A stretch of DNA of 64,000 nucleotides from NCBI GenBank assembly GCA_002269645.1, contig NIVC01000758.1, forward strand, positions 310,001 through 374,000, written 5' to 3'. The position numbers and the translations under genes are program-made. Source of the stretch: Macrostomum lignano (lineage: Eukaryota). The notes under the pieces were generated by a model that ran no database searches, was not told the DNA's origin, and worked only from the letters and a program-made list of their open reading frames with translations. Within the stretch, counting starts at the first letter, position 1. The number at the start of each line of letters is the position of its first letter. Of this stretch, positions 28,401 to 40,653 are shown piece by piece.

Positions 28401-31327
28401 CGATATGAACGGGAAGTATGAACTAGCCCGCAATTGGCTTCGACAAATAGCGATCACACCACCGGTTGTGTCCTTCGAGCTGACTGGCCCGTTCCCTGAG
28501 CTGGCCGCCAAAGTACTCGACGATGAAGTTGATCGAGAAATCTGGGCATCGCTGACTGCATTCGAGATTTCGTCCCAGGAAAATGAGTTGGTCGGACAGG
28601 CAATGCAGGTATACTGTTGGCATAGCTAAAATAAAGAAATAAGCAATCGGCATGTATACTTCAGAATAAAAAATTAACAGAACAATTTTGTTTCATACAG
28701 GTACTCGCAGCCCACATGGTGGTACTGATGGAGCGCGAAGTCGCTGACCACCTTCCTGGTGGGAAGCTCAGCCAGCTGATGCCTGAGCAGCAAGCCTTTG
28801 CTTCAATGGCGCCAAAAGACAACGTCTCTGGTGAACAAGCATTTGCGTGTCTCGACAAAACGGTTGCTGACAAGCCCAACATGCGGCCTATTGCTAGAGA
28901 GTCCGCCGTTTTGTTTGGCCAAAATTGCACAGCTGAATGGCTGCATGCCAAGGGCGAGTTGGAGCAGTCGCAGATCCTGGACAGAGCGCGCGACATGGCT
29001 CCAAAACTAGAACAGCGCTGGAAGCAATCTGCCCAAGCAATCCGAATTCGCCGCGAAGAAATTCTGCGGGCGAAAATAGAAGAGAAGGAGCGGAAAGAAA
29101 AGGCCAAGTCAGCAGCCCTCTTTGAGCTAGTGCGAGATGTCAGCCAGTATAAGGGTCCATGGCGCACCACTCAGGAAATGCACCAAGCGCTGAACAATTT
29201 GGCTGAGGATCGGCACGAAAGCGCGGTAAAGGCGCACCTGCGGCTCTTTAAAGCAACTAGTAAGCTATAAATGATGATAATGTTGATAACTGCACGAGTG
29301 AATAGTAAATTACTTTCAGCTATCGATATTAACAACTATATGAAACTATTTAAAAAATTAACTCACAGAAATCAGCCTGCCAAAGGAAAATGCTGGACTG
29401 CTCAATTTCACCGAGGGTCGGGTAGTTCGCGATGCTCAGCAGCTGAAAAATAATTTAATACAAGTTATTGAGCTGATGAGTGAGAGCGAGTCCGATGCTT
29501 TTCAGTCGCCTAGCCCATCCTCGCAGGAGCTACTGGCCGCAGAGATTAGAGCAGAGCGCATCCAGAGCGCTGTTGCTGACCGACTTCGGCAACGTCCAGC
29601 TCCAGCAGCAAATTCCACCGAAACTGCTAGTGGTCGTGGCCGTGGTCGTGGTCGTGGTCGTGGACGTGGAACTGGGCGAGGTAGAGCTAGAGGTCGAGGC
29701 AGCTGCAGCTCAACTAGAGCTGATCGAGGAACCGTTGCTGACCAAGCAGCTGGACCCAGGCGCAACAGAAGGGGACCTGATGGCCAACTCACGAACCCAG
29801 TAGAAGCCCCTGAGCCTGATCTTGCAAACCTGCCCGATTTAGTTGGCTGCAGAATTGAGCTGAAGTTTCAGTATGAGGACGGCGACTACTGGGAACATGG
29901 AGAAGTCCTCCGTCGTGTCCCCACTGTTGGACGAGGCAAAGATATCCTCGATCGGTGCTTCATTATTGCCTTAGACGACTACCCAGGCAAGGAATACAAG
30001 TATAATCTCTATGTCGATTACATGAGAAAAGACTTGTATGTCCTATCGACACCTGCAGAGAATTCTGGAAGCACAGATGAGGATGAAGATGAGGAGGATG
30101 ATTTTTAAGATTTTTATAGTCACTACTTTTTAGTGCCACAGCCGAGATTCTGGGGGCATTTCAGCGCCACAGGGGTGTGTATCTGTTGTGTTCCTACACA
30201 GTAATGCAGAAAATTGGGATATCAATGTAGACTAGCCAAATTTGGTATGTTTGTATTATAGACTAGCTAATAGCCAGACAAGTGGGGCAGCTGAGCTGCC
30301 AAATAGCATGAGCTAGTAATTAAGATAGTAGAGTACCATATAGCCACTGAAGTGTCAGAGCCTTGAGAATTCTCTATCCCCATTTGGATATACCACTGCA
30401 TGAGAGAATTGTTACTTCTTTGTTAGTTACTTTAATTATCAATTGCTACCTACTCATTTAAATTACAAATTGTTGTTTAAGCCTTAAATTTCTATATCTT
30501 TGCCTTCAATTCTAAATTAAACGATTGATTATATGACGATGCATTTTACACTATAAATATAATACATGTACATTGTTGCTCCTGCCTTATACCTGTAGTA
30601 TTTACCTAATTTGAGCCCAAATTTCATCAAGAGCGACAACATCTTGGATTTTGAGACCTTTTCTATTTGATTTGTCTTGCCATTTAGTATAGAAAAATAG
30701 CTTCAAAAAGCTTTCTCGTTTTAAATTTAAGAAAATATTTTAATTTTTCATATCTTAAATGGCAAAACTAATACATTGGGATAGAAATGAGAACTCCATG
30801 AGCGACAGAGATTTCTTCCGAAAATTTTTGCTCTTTATACATATTTTTGCATGCAGAACACAAAATTGAAATCATTTTGTCTTCTTCTCTATTGGAAATC
30901 GTAAAAAAATAAAAAAAAATATTTTAAGTACATTAAATTATGATGTAGAAAATTTTTTTCTTACTGAAAAAATCAAAATATTGTAGTATTTTTATCTACC
31001 TTTATGTTTCTGCAAAGATACTTTGTTTAAAACATTGTTTTTAATACAAACTTTAGACTTTACGATTATACCTTTTTTCCGTAAAAAAGGTCACAAAATT
31101 TTTTTGCGGCACGAGAGTGATTCACTTTCATAGTAAACTATACCGAATTAATGAAGTTTTTTGGGTCAAGTAATACTAGATTCTATTGCAATTTTCTTCT
31201 AGATTACAGAGTATATTTCACTTTTCTTTAATTCACTATAGTTTCAGAGTATTTTAAATTTGAAATTGCAACATTTTAGCATATTCTAAAAAAATCGCAC
31301 ATATATCCGATCTCACTGAAGTCCCTA
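25428..31327 (+). mobile_element. hAT-like DNA transposon with a 7-bp TSD (hATw-like), 5.9 kb, nested in the EnSpm element
   Basis: Perfect 18-bp TIR TAGGGACTTCAGTGAGAT; perfect 7-bp TSD CTTACAG (25421-25427 and 31328-31334); internal transposase. Confidence 0.88.
26182..30108 (+). CDS. DDE/CxxH transposase, about 1150 aa, 5 exons (26182-27318, 27473-27706, 27821-28608, 28701-29259, 29369-30108), frameshift near 27970
   Basis: LMTDATTKKG (D), FLMTDRH (D), FCGMH (CxxH), FRGNR, DNVSGEQAFACLD (E); GT-AG junctions keep frame except a 1-nt shift between EFEKCV and SKFAGA. Confidence 0.8.
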
Positions 31328-31658
31328 CTTACAGGTTTTGGCTAGTCGGAAACTAAGAAACTATTACAGTTTCGTATACTTTATGCAGTAGATAATAATT
31401 ATTTGTAACTACCAGTAGATAATACATAATAAAAGTCAATTTTTAGTAATTTGGTAGTAATATAAGATTAGACCATTAAGGCATTAATGAATTTAGGCCT
31501 ATTTTATCTTACCTTTTCTCACATTATAATTCAAGTTGTATTAGGCCTTCTTAGTGTATCATGTATTTAAAAAGGACTATCTATAGTTTATTTCAGTAAA
31601 ATTCAATAGATAGATCTAATATCAACTAAATTATGTATAAAAAAATAATAGCTAGGCC

Positions 31659-32206
31659 CAGGCGCAGATCCAGAAAATTTTTGAGGGTGGGGGGCAAGCT
31701 ATACCAAGCACTACAACCCCATATTGGAAAGTAGACCTGGCATACTGGGTTTTTTTTGCCAGAGACAAGGTGCAAAATCGCACCTTGTGCCAAATTTCAA
31801 GGTGCAATTTTAAGGCTCAGAGTGTAATTTCTCTTGAGTCTTGTTTCAGACAACTGGGAATGTATATTTTAATATCTTACATAAGGCTATAGCCATAGGC
31901 TATATCGCCTATATGACTTAATAGGATTTAAAGAGTTATTTTGTTTCATATTTTAAGGCAGTGCATGAAAAATAGCTTAAGCATGGTTAAGCCTTTAAAG
32001 AAAAATGGTTATAAGACTGCACCTAAACTGCACCTACTTTTTTAATTTCAGGGTGCGATTTTAAAATTTAGGGTGCATACGCACACTCTGCGCACAAAAA
32101 AAAACCTGTGGCATAGTAGCAGGCCAAAAAAGTATGATCAAAATTTCTTTGGCTACGGCTAAGGGGGGGCCATGGCCTTCTTGGCCCCCTTCTAGATCCA
32201 CCCTTG
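31659..32206. mobile_element. hAT MITE nested in the EnSpm element
   Basis: Degenerate TIRs CAGGCGCAGATCCAG and CTAGATCCACCCTTG; TSD GCTAGGCC and GCTAGGCT (7/8). Confidence 0.7.
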
Positions 32207-32732
32207 GCTAGGCTTTGTTACTTGTACTTGTACTTTCAATTATCAGACTTGACAAATAAAACTGTCTTTTTGTTTAAGTATAACAGGCTTACTGTTGCAG
32301 TCTTGGTCTTGTACCTTTAGGCCTACTTTTATAACTAGTCTTAGCTATGTAATACTATAGTATTTTTAAGACTTCTAGGCTATGGTTTAAAGAACTGTTT
32401 TGTTTCATTTGTTCAAAAATTAGTATTAAAATTTTCTAGCATTGTTATTTTTCTATATTCAACTAACTAAAATGATAAGACTAATAAGATTTAATGGTTA
32501 TATATTAGAACTAAATAAGTTCTAGTTAAAACTTTTTAGATCTATTTATTTATTCTATGTTAAAAACACAAATAAAATATAAAACATTATATGAAAATAT
32601 TTAACTGATTGATATAATATTTTTTATGTTTCTGTACTATGTTTACTTAAAACAGTTATAAATTTTTAAATATATCTTACTTTCTCATTTAATGATATAT
32701 ACAATCTTTCTAGCCAATCCAAATTTTTAATC

Positions 32733-34711
32733 ATGAGCATTGAAAGAAGCCTTCGTAAGTCTTCAAAATCAACTTCTCGATTCAATCTAGACTACTCATC
32801 AACATTTTTTTGTTTTATTCTTGATGGAGCTGCAAGTAATGAGAAGTATACTACTATTGCATTTGGGTCACCATATTGGCCAAGGGACATGACTGATGAT
32901 GACAAGATTAAATTGGCACAAGTAATTTTTATAATTAAAAAATTAATATTAAATCTAATTGAAATAATTTAATGTTTGAAACAATTTAAAAAATGTCTAT
33001 ATATTTAACTTTTTAGGGTGACAAGGTCTTTCTTCGTATGTATGCTAGGTTATACTCTGCAACTCTTATTGCTAAAGGAAATGAGCGGCAAATTGCTGCT
33101 GCAATGAGAGAATTGTCGTCTTTGGTCAGTGAGGCTGAAAACACTGACTCATTAGTTGACCAAGCCATTGCTCTTCTAGGAGCAAGTAACAGCCAAAGTA
33201 CCATTGCAAAAGCAACAGATCGGCAACAACAACAACCACAATTAGCAAGTTCAGCAGTTAGCTCATGCCAAGGCAGCAATAGCCGTGACTTGCTACAGGA
33301 GCTTTATAATCACAATATTGAGTGTGAAGATAATGAAGATGAGGAAGCCCAATATTTCGCTGTTCCAAATCCAAATGGTAACTGATGATAATTTACCTAA
33401 GTATCTTAAATATGATAAGCATATGAATAATGCTTTTTCTATAGAAAATGTGCTACTTTGTACAAATTTATATACATTTTAGATAAAGTGATTTCTGCCT
33501 TTGAAAAGGAAGCTTCCACTGTACAGGCAGAGCAAGAACGTGCTACAGGTCATTTGAACTCAAGTTAGTATATGCTTGTCTTCTTTTTGATCCAATTTCA
33601 AAATTTTGAAATAAAAAAATTGCCTTTATATTAGAAAATATGTCACTATTGATTTTGACAGAATTGTATCCTGATGTAGAGATCTTTTATCCAGTATTAC
33701 TGAGTTAATACTTTTGTCAATTGATTTAAGGTGTTGATCAGGAGCAAAGCCATGCCATGGAAACACAACCTGATACCTCTATGCAAGGTAAATTTTAGCT
33801 TTAATTTCTGTTATTTCTGAAATTATTATGTACAAGATGTAGTAAAAACATTATTTATTGAATAATTATAGGCATCAAGGAATTCATCCACTCAGAGATG
33901 ATAGCTCTTGAGAAGCGTCTCACTGCTAGAATAAGCCGGCTCCTAAAAAAGGATACTGCCTTTAGTGGTACATTAACAATAAAGGAATATGCAGATGAGG
34001 TTATTCTTTTCAAATCTGATGATGTAACTTTCATTCTTAGCAAGGTAGATTAACATTGTGTCCTTACACCTAAATTCCTAATTTATAGGACTTCCGATGT
34101 GTTGACGGATCTTTGGCATCACTGTCCTCAATTCTGTGCAATGACCCAAAGCAATTTATCAAGCGCTACATTAGGCCTAGATTTGGTGATGGCTATTTGA
34201 TGGAGCACATTATTGACTCAGCCTCTGGTCGTCGCAGTGCTCGAAGACCAGCTCCAGCAGAGCATGTGGCTGAATTCCAACGTAAATTTCCACTGTCCAA
34301 TTTGCTTTTTTGCATATTTTATTTTACCTAATCTTGAAGCTTAGGATTTCTTTAAAATGAATGATTTGGATAACCTTTTGGTCACTGTAAATTTTCATAG
34401 GGTAGTAGAACACTAAGTTTAATGTCATTGTAGCAGATGAAGATGGATAGTCAATAAAAATAATTAATTTCAGATAATTTAGAAAGAAACCATTAATGCA
34501 TTAAGCTAGTATTTTATTTAACCTAATGCTCAATAAAATACATTAAATTTTCCCTTTATCTTACATTCCAGGTCTGATCCTCCTGTGCTACAGAACATCT
34601 GGGTTTGACTTCACTGAAATCTGGAAGTCTGTACGAGAGCACCTTAATCAACTGGCTAGAGAAGAAACGCGTGCTCAGAAGCGTTCGGCGTCGGCAGCCT
34701 CGATATCCTGA
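32733..34711 (+). CDS. EnSpm accessory gene with a C-terminal BEN-like helical domain (probable exons 32733-32921, 33017-33377, 33483-33563, 33731-33787, 33871-34044, 34090-34281, 34571-34711)
   Basis: Phase-consistent GT-AG exons; C-terminus KQFIKRYIRPRFGDGYLMEHIIDSASGRRSARRPAPAEHVAEFQRLILLCYRTSGFDFTEIWKSVREHLNQLAREE resembles the BEN pattern (by eye). Confidence 0.6.
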
Positions 34712-34905
34712 CGATATTATCAAGAGTCAATATTGTTGTAGCAAATTACTTTTATACCTGTGTCAGTTTTTTTAAAGGTAATCCATAATTTTAATATTTA
34801 AATTTATTTAGAATTTTTATAATTTTATCACTTAATTTAATTCACATAATTTTAATCTAAATAATTTAAGTTGAATGTATAATTTATAATTTATAACTTA
34901 TAACA

Positions 34906-37209
34906 ATGTCTGACACGTCCACTGAATCTGAAGCATCCCTGTCAACTGACTATTCGGCTTACTCCTGCCAAATATTGTCTTCAGATTCTCATTCCAACAG
35001 CTCATCAAGTAGCAGCTCTTTAAATCAAATTCCTAGCGCTAATGTATTGGAAGCTCAACCCCAACCAGAGGGCTTTAGTAGTTCCGGTCCTGCTAATCCT
35101 GATGCAGGCAATATAGAGTTTGAGGAAGAATTGAGTCATCTGCCGAATTTTTCAGCTTTAGACGATCCATGTGTGCAGGCTGCATTAATTTACCAGTGGG
35201 CTATTACGTCTGGAGTTTCTGAAGCTGCGCTAGATAGGCTGCTTAAGCTTATTTTGATCCTTACTAAAAGATCTAATCAAAATATCCCACCTAGCGTAAA
35301 GGTGTTAAAGTCCAGGCTTAAAGAAGCTTGCAGTCTTGATGACAGTTGTGTCTCTGAGCTTCTTTTTTGCAGTGAATGCAAAGCCCAGTGTAATATTCAT
35401 CAACCAAAGGCAAAGTCGATTGTAACACTGCTAAATATCGTCCCACAGCTGCGATCAATCTTGACTAAACATCTTACAACTATTCTTAAGTATGAACAGA
35501 AATTACAGACCAGTAGCAATTCTGACGTTCTGAATTCAAAAATTGTGTCGGATCAAAATTTACAGCGAAGTTCTAATAAATCAATTCACTTGCATCTACT
35601 TGTCTCTGCCGATGGAGCTAATTTTTTTGACAATGCTAAAAGTAGCTTTTGGCCATTTCAAGCGCAGATATTAAATCTCCCTGTGCACATTCGACAGAAG
35701 TTCTCAAATCTCATTCTTCTTGCTCTTGTCGCTGCAAAGGCTATTCCACATTTTCAGGTTTTTTTGCCCGAAATCGTGAAAAGCTTACCAAAGCAATTTG
35801 TATTTTTGGAATATAATGTTTTTGTTCATTGTACTTTGTTAGTCTGCGACTTACCTGCGCTAGCTAAGCTATTTTGTATTCACCAATTTAATGGAGCGTT
35901 TAGCTGCCCTAAATGTCTGCACCCGGGGGAAAGCATTAAAGTATCTGAGAAAGGCAAGAACTGGGTATTCCGCTTTAGCGAAGCGCACATATTTCCTTTA
36001 CGGACTATGACTACTCATATTGAGCACTGCCGTCTAGCAGAAATTCGTAAAAAGCCTGTTTTTGGTGTTAAGAGTCGCAGTTGCCTGTTGGACATTATTT
36101 CCTTTCCTAATTGTAACCCAATTGATAGTCTACACTGTTTATTCGAAGGCCAAATTAAGTTTTTGCTCGAAGAGATTTTCTCTCCTTCAAACCGGCACGA
36201 GCCATATTTCTGTTCTTCTAGTTGTTCGGACTTTGTGTCCTCTTGTATTCGCGATTCGATTATACCACCGAGCATTAGTATTCAGTCAAAAGTTCGAACC
36301 CTCTCCGACTGGAAGGCAAAGCATTATAAAAATTTTGCACTTTATTTCTGTTTTCCTACTTTAGTGCAGAGAGCGTCGCATCTTCCAACTAAGCTCTTAG
36401 TAACAAATTTAGTACTTCTGTACCATTTGCTGTATAATGTCCAATCCGACAAAGTCGATATAGAGATGCTGTCAAAGTACTTTCTTTTAAATGCTCAAAA
36501 TATCTTTGGTCCAAAGATTCTTCGCCTCAACTTTCATTTACTTCTACATATGGGCGAACAGTATAGTATGCTTGGTCCTGTTTTTGGTTACTCGATGTTC
36601 GCCTTTGAGAGTGCAATGGGCATGTTCAAAAAGTTTTTGTGTGGAACAGTTTCATTTGGTTCCCAACTTGTTAGCAAGTTTTTATACCAGAAGGAACTGC
36701 ATCATCTTTTTTCAGAAGTTCAGGATGCGAGTATCTTAGAAGCTTATAACTCAATTGCGTTAGAACCATCCCGGTCGAATGGAATTTTAAAAAGCACATT
36801 GGCCTACGTTAATGGCTACTTTTTTTCAACTTTTAATTCAAATGTATCTACTTCCAATCATCTTTGTGTTTTATCGTCTGGCCAAATTTGTTCCATTATC
36901 CGCTTTGTCATGCCTAACCGAGCTCTAGTTAAAGAATTTAACCCAATTGGCTCTCTTTTCGACTTTACATTTCTATCTGATCCTTGTCCAGAAGATTTGC
37001 TCGAATGGCGCCAAGCACTGTATTCTGTTTATAAAAAGTGTTCGTCTTTTTATTTTGTTTTAATTACTATGCCAAATAATTCTCAGTGTTTTGAAAAAAC
37101 TGTCGATTTAATTGAAATCGAACGTCCTTGCATAGCGGTACCGCTTCCATTGTTTAAAAAAGACTGCTATTGTGCTATCCCATTAGCCCGGGCATTTGAA
37201 CATGATTAA
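34906..37209 (+). CDS. EnSpm/CACTA (Tnp2-like) transposase, 767 aa, uninterrupted
   Basis: SADGA..F...SFWP..AQILNLP, VCDLPALAKL, FNGAFSCPKC, IDSLHCLFEG, WKAKHYKNF, NFHLLLH, LGPVFGYSMFAFESAMG. Confidence 0.9.
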   Translation: MSDTSTESEASLSTDYSAYSCQILSSDSHSNSSSSSSSLNQIPSANVLEAQPQPEGFSSSGPANPDAGNIEFEEELSHLPNFSALDDPCVQAALIYQWAITSGVSEAALDRLLKLILILTKRSNQNIPPSVKVLKSRLKEACSLDDSCVSELLFCSECKAQCNIHQPKAKSIVTLLNIVPQLRSILTKHLTTILKYEQKLQTSSNSDVLNSKIVSDQNLQRSSNKSIHLHLLVSADGANFFDNAKSSFWPFQAQILNLPVHIRQKFSNLILLALVAAKAIPHFQVFLPEIVKSLPKQFVFLEYNVFVHCTLLVCDLPALAKLFCIHQFNGAFSCPKCLHPGESIKVSEKGKNWVFRFSEAHIFPLRTMTTHIEHCRLAEIRKKPVFGVKSRSCLLDIISFPNCNPIDSLHCLFEGQIKFLLEEIFSPSNRHEPYFCSSSCSDFVSSCIRDSIIPPSISIQSKVRTLSDWKAKHYKNFALYFCFPTLVQRASHLPTKLLVTNLVLLYHLLYNVQSDKVDIEMLSKYFLLNAQNIFGPKILRLNFHLLLHMGEQYSMLGPVFGYSMFAFESAMGMFKKFLCGTVSFGSQLVSKFLYQKELHHLFSEVQDASILEAYNSIALEPSRSNGILKSTLAYVNGYFFSTFNSNVSTSNHLCVLSSGQICSIIRFVMPNRALVKEFNPIGSLFDFTFLSDPCPEDLLEWRQALYSVYKKCSSFYFVLITMPNNSQCFEKTVDLIEIERPCIAVPLPLFKKDCYCAIPLARAFEHD

Positions 37210-38124
37210 GTGCAAGCACTCAGGATGTCGACCCTTTAGAGCAAATAGGATGTCAAAATGAAAATAGGAATAAAAAAGCAGCTACGTACTTTACTGTACC
37301 TTTTTCAATTTTTCTATTGAATATTAGATTAAAAATAGACAACCTCAAGTCCCGAACACGGCCTCTTTGTGGCTTTAAAAGTCTGAAAGTTTAGAGACTA
37401 GAATGTTCCAATGTAAAAATACTTTTATAGACATCCTTAGAGCTATTTATTTCTCTTCGTTTTTTGCTTTGATTTGTAATTTATTTCTTGTATTTTTTGC
37501 CTGCGTGTGCACGACTAAGGCAGTTTAAAGTTTAAAGCGTCTTACTATTTTATTTCAATTTGTTATGCTAAAATAAATAAAAGCAGTCGTGTGCGTTCTT
37601 TAATAATCTACTTTAAATGTTTTAAAAGAAATTGTACAACTTACATGTATGCTGCATTTTTGCCTTAAAATGTCATTTTTTTGGAAATTTATTAGCTCAA
37701 GCCTGGTTGCAAATTGCTGTTTAGAGGAAGGTCTGATTTTTCTCCAAAGATGTCTTACATGTAAATGCAACCTGAAATTAAAACTTCTAATCCGCTTGGA
37801 AGAAATGTGGGAATAAGTTACTCTTACTCATAAAAAGTTCACACTAAACGTGTCAATGGCAATGCATCAAAAAATCGTCATGGGCTACTGAAAGTAGTGC
37901 AGTAAGATACATTTACTAGTTTTTAATGTCCATGGATGACCATGCATGAAAACTCCCACGTATGAACATCTATGGAACCATCCATAAACATGTATGGTTC
38001 CATCTATGAACAGCCATGTGTCCATACATGTTCAGGGATGATCCATGGATGGCCTCATGCATGGATCATGGATGATTTATCCATGATAGGAGTCTAGGGT
38101 CCCCCCCCCAGCGATCTGCTCAGC

Positions 38125-40653
38125 TCAGCATTCGTCCGGAGCCGGCACGGCCGACATGTACGGCCTGGACTGGTAGCAGCTGCGGTCGGCGGGGTAGGCG
38201 AAGCTCGCCTGGCTGCTGTACAGCGAGTTCAGCTTGCCCGGCTGGGCGTGCACCGGCAGCGACTGGCGACCCCGGCCCTGGAAGTGATTTGGGATTTCCG
38301 AGTAACTAAGGATTACCGAGTGATTAGGGATTTCCGAGCAATTGGGGATTCCCGAGAGATTGGGGATTCCCGAGCGATTGGGGATTCCAGAGCGGTTGGG
38401 AATTTTCGAGTAAGTAGAGATTCTCCGATTAATTTGGGATTCCCTTATTGATTGGGATTTCCCCTATTAATTGAGGATTTCCGAGTGATTTGAGTTTCTT
38501 GAGCGATGGTTTCTGAGTGAAGAGAATTCCCGGTCGGCAGAAGCATTCTAAAGAAAATAACCCATCGAATCCCACCCGACCGGCTCACCGGCAGCCGCAT
38601 CGCTTGCTCCTCCAGCGAGCCGTACAAATGCTGGTCGAGCGGCCAGTTCTGTGTGTGCAGCCCGCCCACTGCGGCGTAGCCTTGGTGACCGCCTGCGGCC
38701 AGCCGGTCCGCCACGAAGTGACTCACCTGGAAGATGTGTGAGGAACAATTTGGTGTCGGTGAGGGATCAGTGGGTGTCGGTGAGGGATCAGTGGGTGTCG
38801 GTGAGGGATCAGTGGGTGTCGGTGAGGGATCAGTGGGTGTCGGTGAAGGATCAGTTGGGTGTCGGTGAGGGATCAGTGGGTGTCGGTGAAGGATCAGTTG
38901 GGTGTCGGTGAGGGATCAGTGGGTGTCGGTGAGGGATCAGTTGGTGTCGGTGAGGGATCAGTGGGTGTCGGTGAGGGATCAGTGGGTGTAGGTGAGGGAT
39001 CAGTGGGTGTCGGTGAGGGATCAGTGGGTGTCGGTGAGGGATCAGTGGGTGTCGGTGAGGGATCAGTGGGTGTCGGTGAAGGATCAGTTGGGTGTCGGTG
39101 AGGGATCAGTGGGTGTCGGTGAGGGATCAGTTGGGTGTCGGTGAGGGATCAGTGGGTGTCGGTGAGGGATAAGTTGGGTGTCGGTGAGGGATCAGTGGGT
39201 GTCGGTGAGGGATAAGTTGGGTGTCGGTGAGGGATTAATTATCAATTTGACGAATTCAAAATATCCCCAACCGTCTGGGCGATGGCCAGGGCCTTCAGCT
39301 TGTCGCCCTCGTTGTCGAAGGCAGACAGCAGGAACTCGATTCCCACGGTGGACTGATGGTCGATGAGGTGCCTGAGGGTGCGTGACGAGTGGTCAGATTA
39401 CTGGTGCCTTCATTGCCTGCAACTAATGATGATTTGTGACCCACCTCTTCAGCACCTCCAGCGCGGAGAGGCGGTCGTTGCCGCACAGCGAGAAGCCGCA
39501 GAGAATCTCGGCCGCCTGCTGGCAGGTCATTCGGTCCAGGCGCTGCAGTTGAAGGAAAGGAATTGGAATTGCAAAAGTTTAGCACTTTTCCATCGCTAGA
39601 AATCTTTTGCTCACGAATAGGCGCAAATCAAATATAGGTTCTTGCAACAGTACTATCAGTGGCATAAACAGTTTGTTCGTTTACCTACAAATTTGAATGA
39701 AAATTCAATTATAGTCAGATAAGCATCGAATACCTTCTCCAGCAACCGAATGGCCTTCACTTTATCGGCCGAATCCTTGAATGTTTGCAGTAGTCGAATC
39801 AGCTGAAATTTCGAAGGGCATTAATATTGCTCAATCTTATCTCTTGTGTGATAAAAAAATATACACTGTACCCTACCCTAATGGCATTGGACCTGCTGAA
39901 GCATGGGAAAAAGACACTGGATAAAATTCAGTATTTATATCTCAGATTCCAGTTCCAGCTTGTTCTAAGTTTTAATTTGATATGCTTGAAGGTAAAATTA
40001 TAATTTAAATTAGTTATTTTTTTGCTTTGAATATAAAACTATAATTAGTCCAGATTTAAAATATGACTTGTGATTTTTTTAATTGCTCTTTAAAATGATA
40101 ACTTTGTTTTCTATTTTAATCCTTTCCGCTTTATTTTTATATTTTTGGAGTTTTTCTTCACTCCAAACAAATTAGATGGTATTTTTAGAATATAAATATC
40201 TTGGCATAAACAACCAGCAGTAGCTAGATGTAGATTTAAAAAAAAATCGTGCAGTCACAAGTTTAAAGATATTGTTATCTCGTCAGAAATTGTTTGAAAG
40301 AAATTCTCATTGACTGATTGATACGCTCCTACAGTACATGATGCCAGCCTTCAACCTTGAATGAAGCCTTATATATATCAAGGCCTGCTGTGGTCTGAAA
40401 ATAGAAAATCAACAGTTGAAGAAGGGTCGATGCTAGGCAGGGAAGTCCTTAGTCAGCCAAGATGGATTTTTTCGAGAAAAGAAGGCACATTTTTACAGCA
40501 TTTTGAAAAATAAAGAAGCCGCCTTGCCTGGTCGTATGCCAGGATGCCTCGACTGTTGATTATCAACTCAAATTTGCGTCTTTTGTCGACAGAAGTACTT
40601 CCAATGGCACAAACAAGCTGATTATAGTTGTCCACTGTAATTGGCGAAGTCAT
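38125..40653 (-). CDS. DUF4476 / PROSER1 N-terminal-like protein, about 227 aa (exons 40653-40528, 39802-39734, 39542-39445, 39371-39272, 38726-38589, 38277-38125)
   Basis: Spliced YDQ-LIRLLQTFKDSADKVKAIRLLEK-RLDRMTCQQAAEILCGFSLCGNDRLSALEVLKR-HLIDHQSTVGIEFLLSAFDNEGDKLKAL; frames consistent; first intron needs a GC donor. Confidence 0.72.
38285..38500. repeat. Degenerate about 18-bp repeat (GGGATTCCCGAGCGATTG) in the last intron of the DUF4476 gene
   Basis: Imperfect tandem copies. Confidence 0.65.
38752..39235. repeat. 21/22-bp minisatellite (GTGTCGGTGAGGGATCAGTGG) in DUF4476 gene intron 4
   Basis: About 22 tandem copies. Confidence 0.95.

Larger units (their letters stand above)
25095..38099 (+). 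mobile_element. CMC/EnSpm (CACTA-like) DNA transposon, 13.0 kb including nested insertions (about 6.5 kb without)
   Basis: 40-bp TIRs CCCTAGACTCC-nnT-CATGGATAAATCATCCATGATCCATG (2 mismatches); 2-bp TSD TC; CATGG subterminal repeats; internal Tnp2-like ORF. Confidence 0.9.

Noticed and set aside
33662-33710. Extra exon in the EnSpm accessory gene
   Set aside because: An acceptor-like site is present but the frame runs to a stop with no good donor; skipping it keeps phase.
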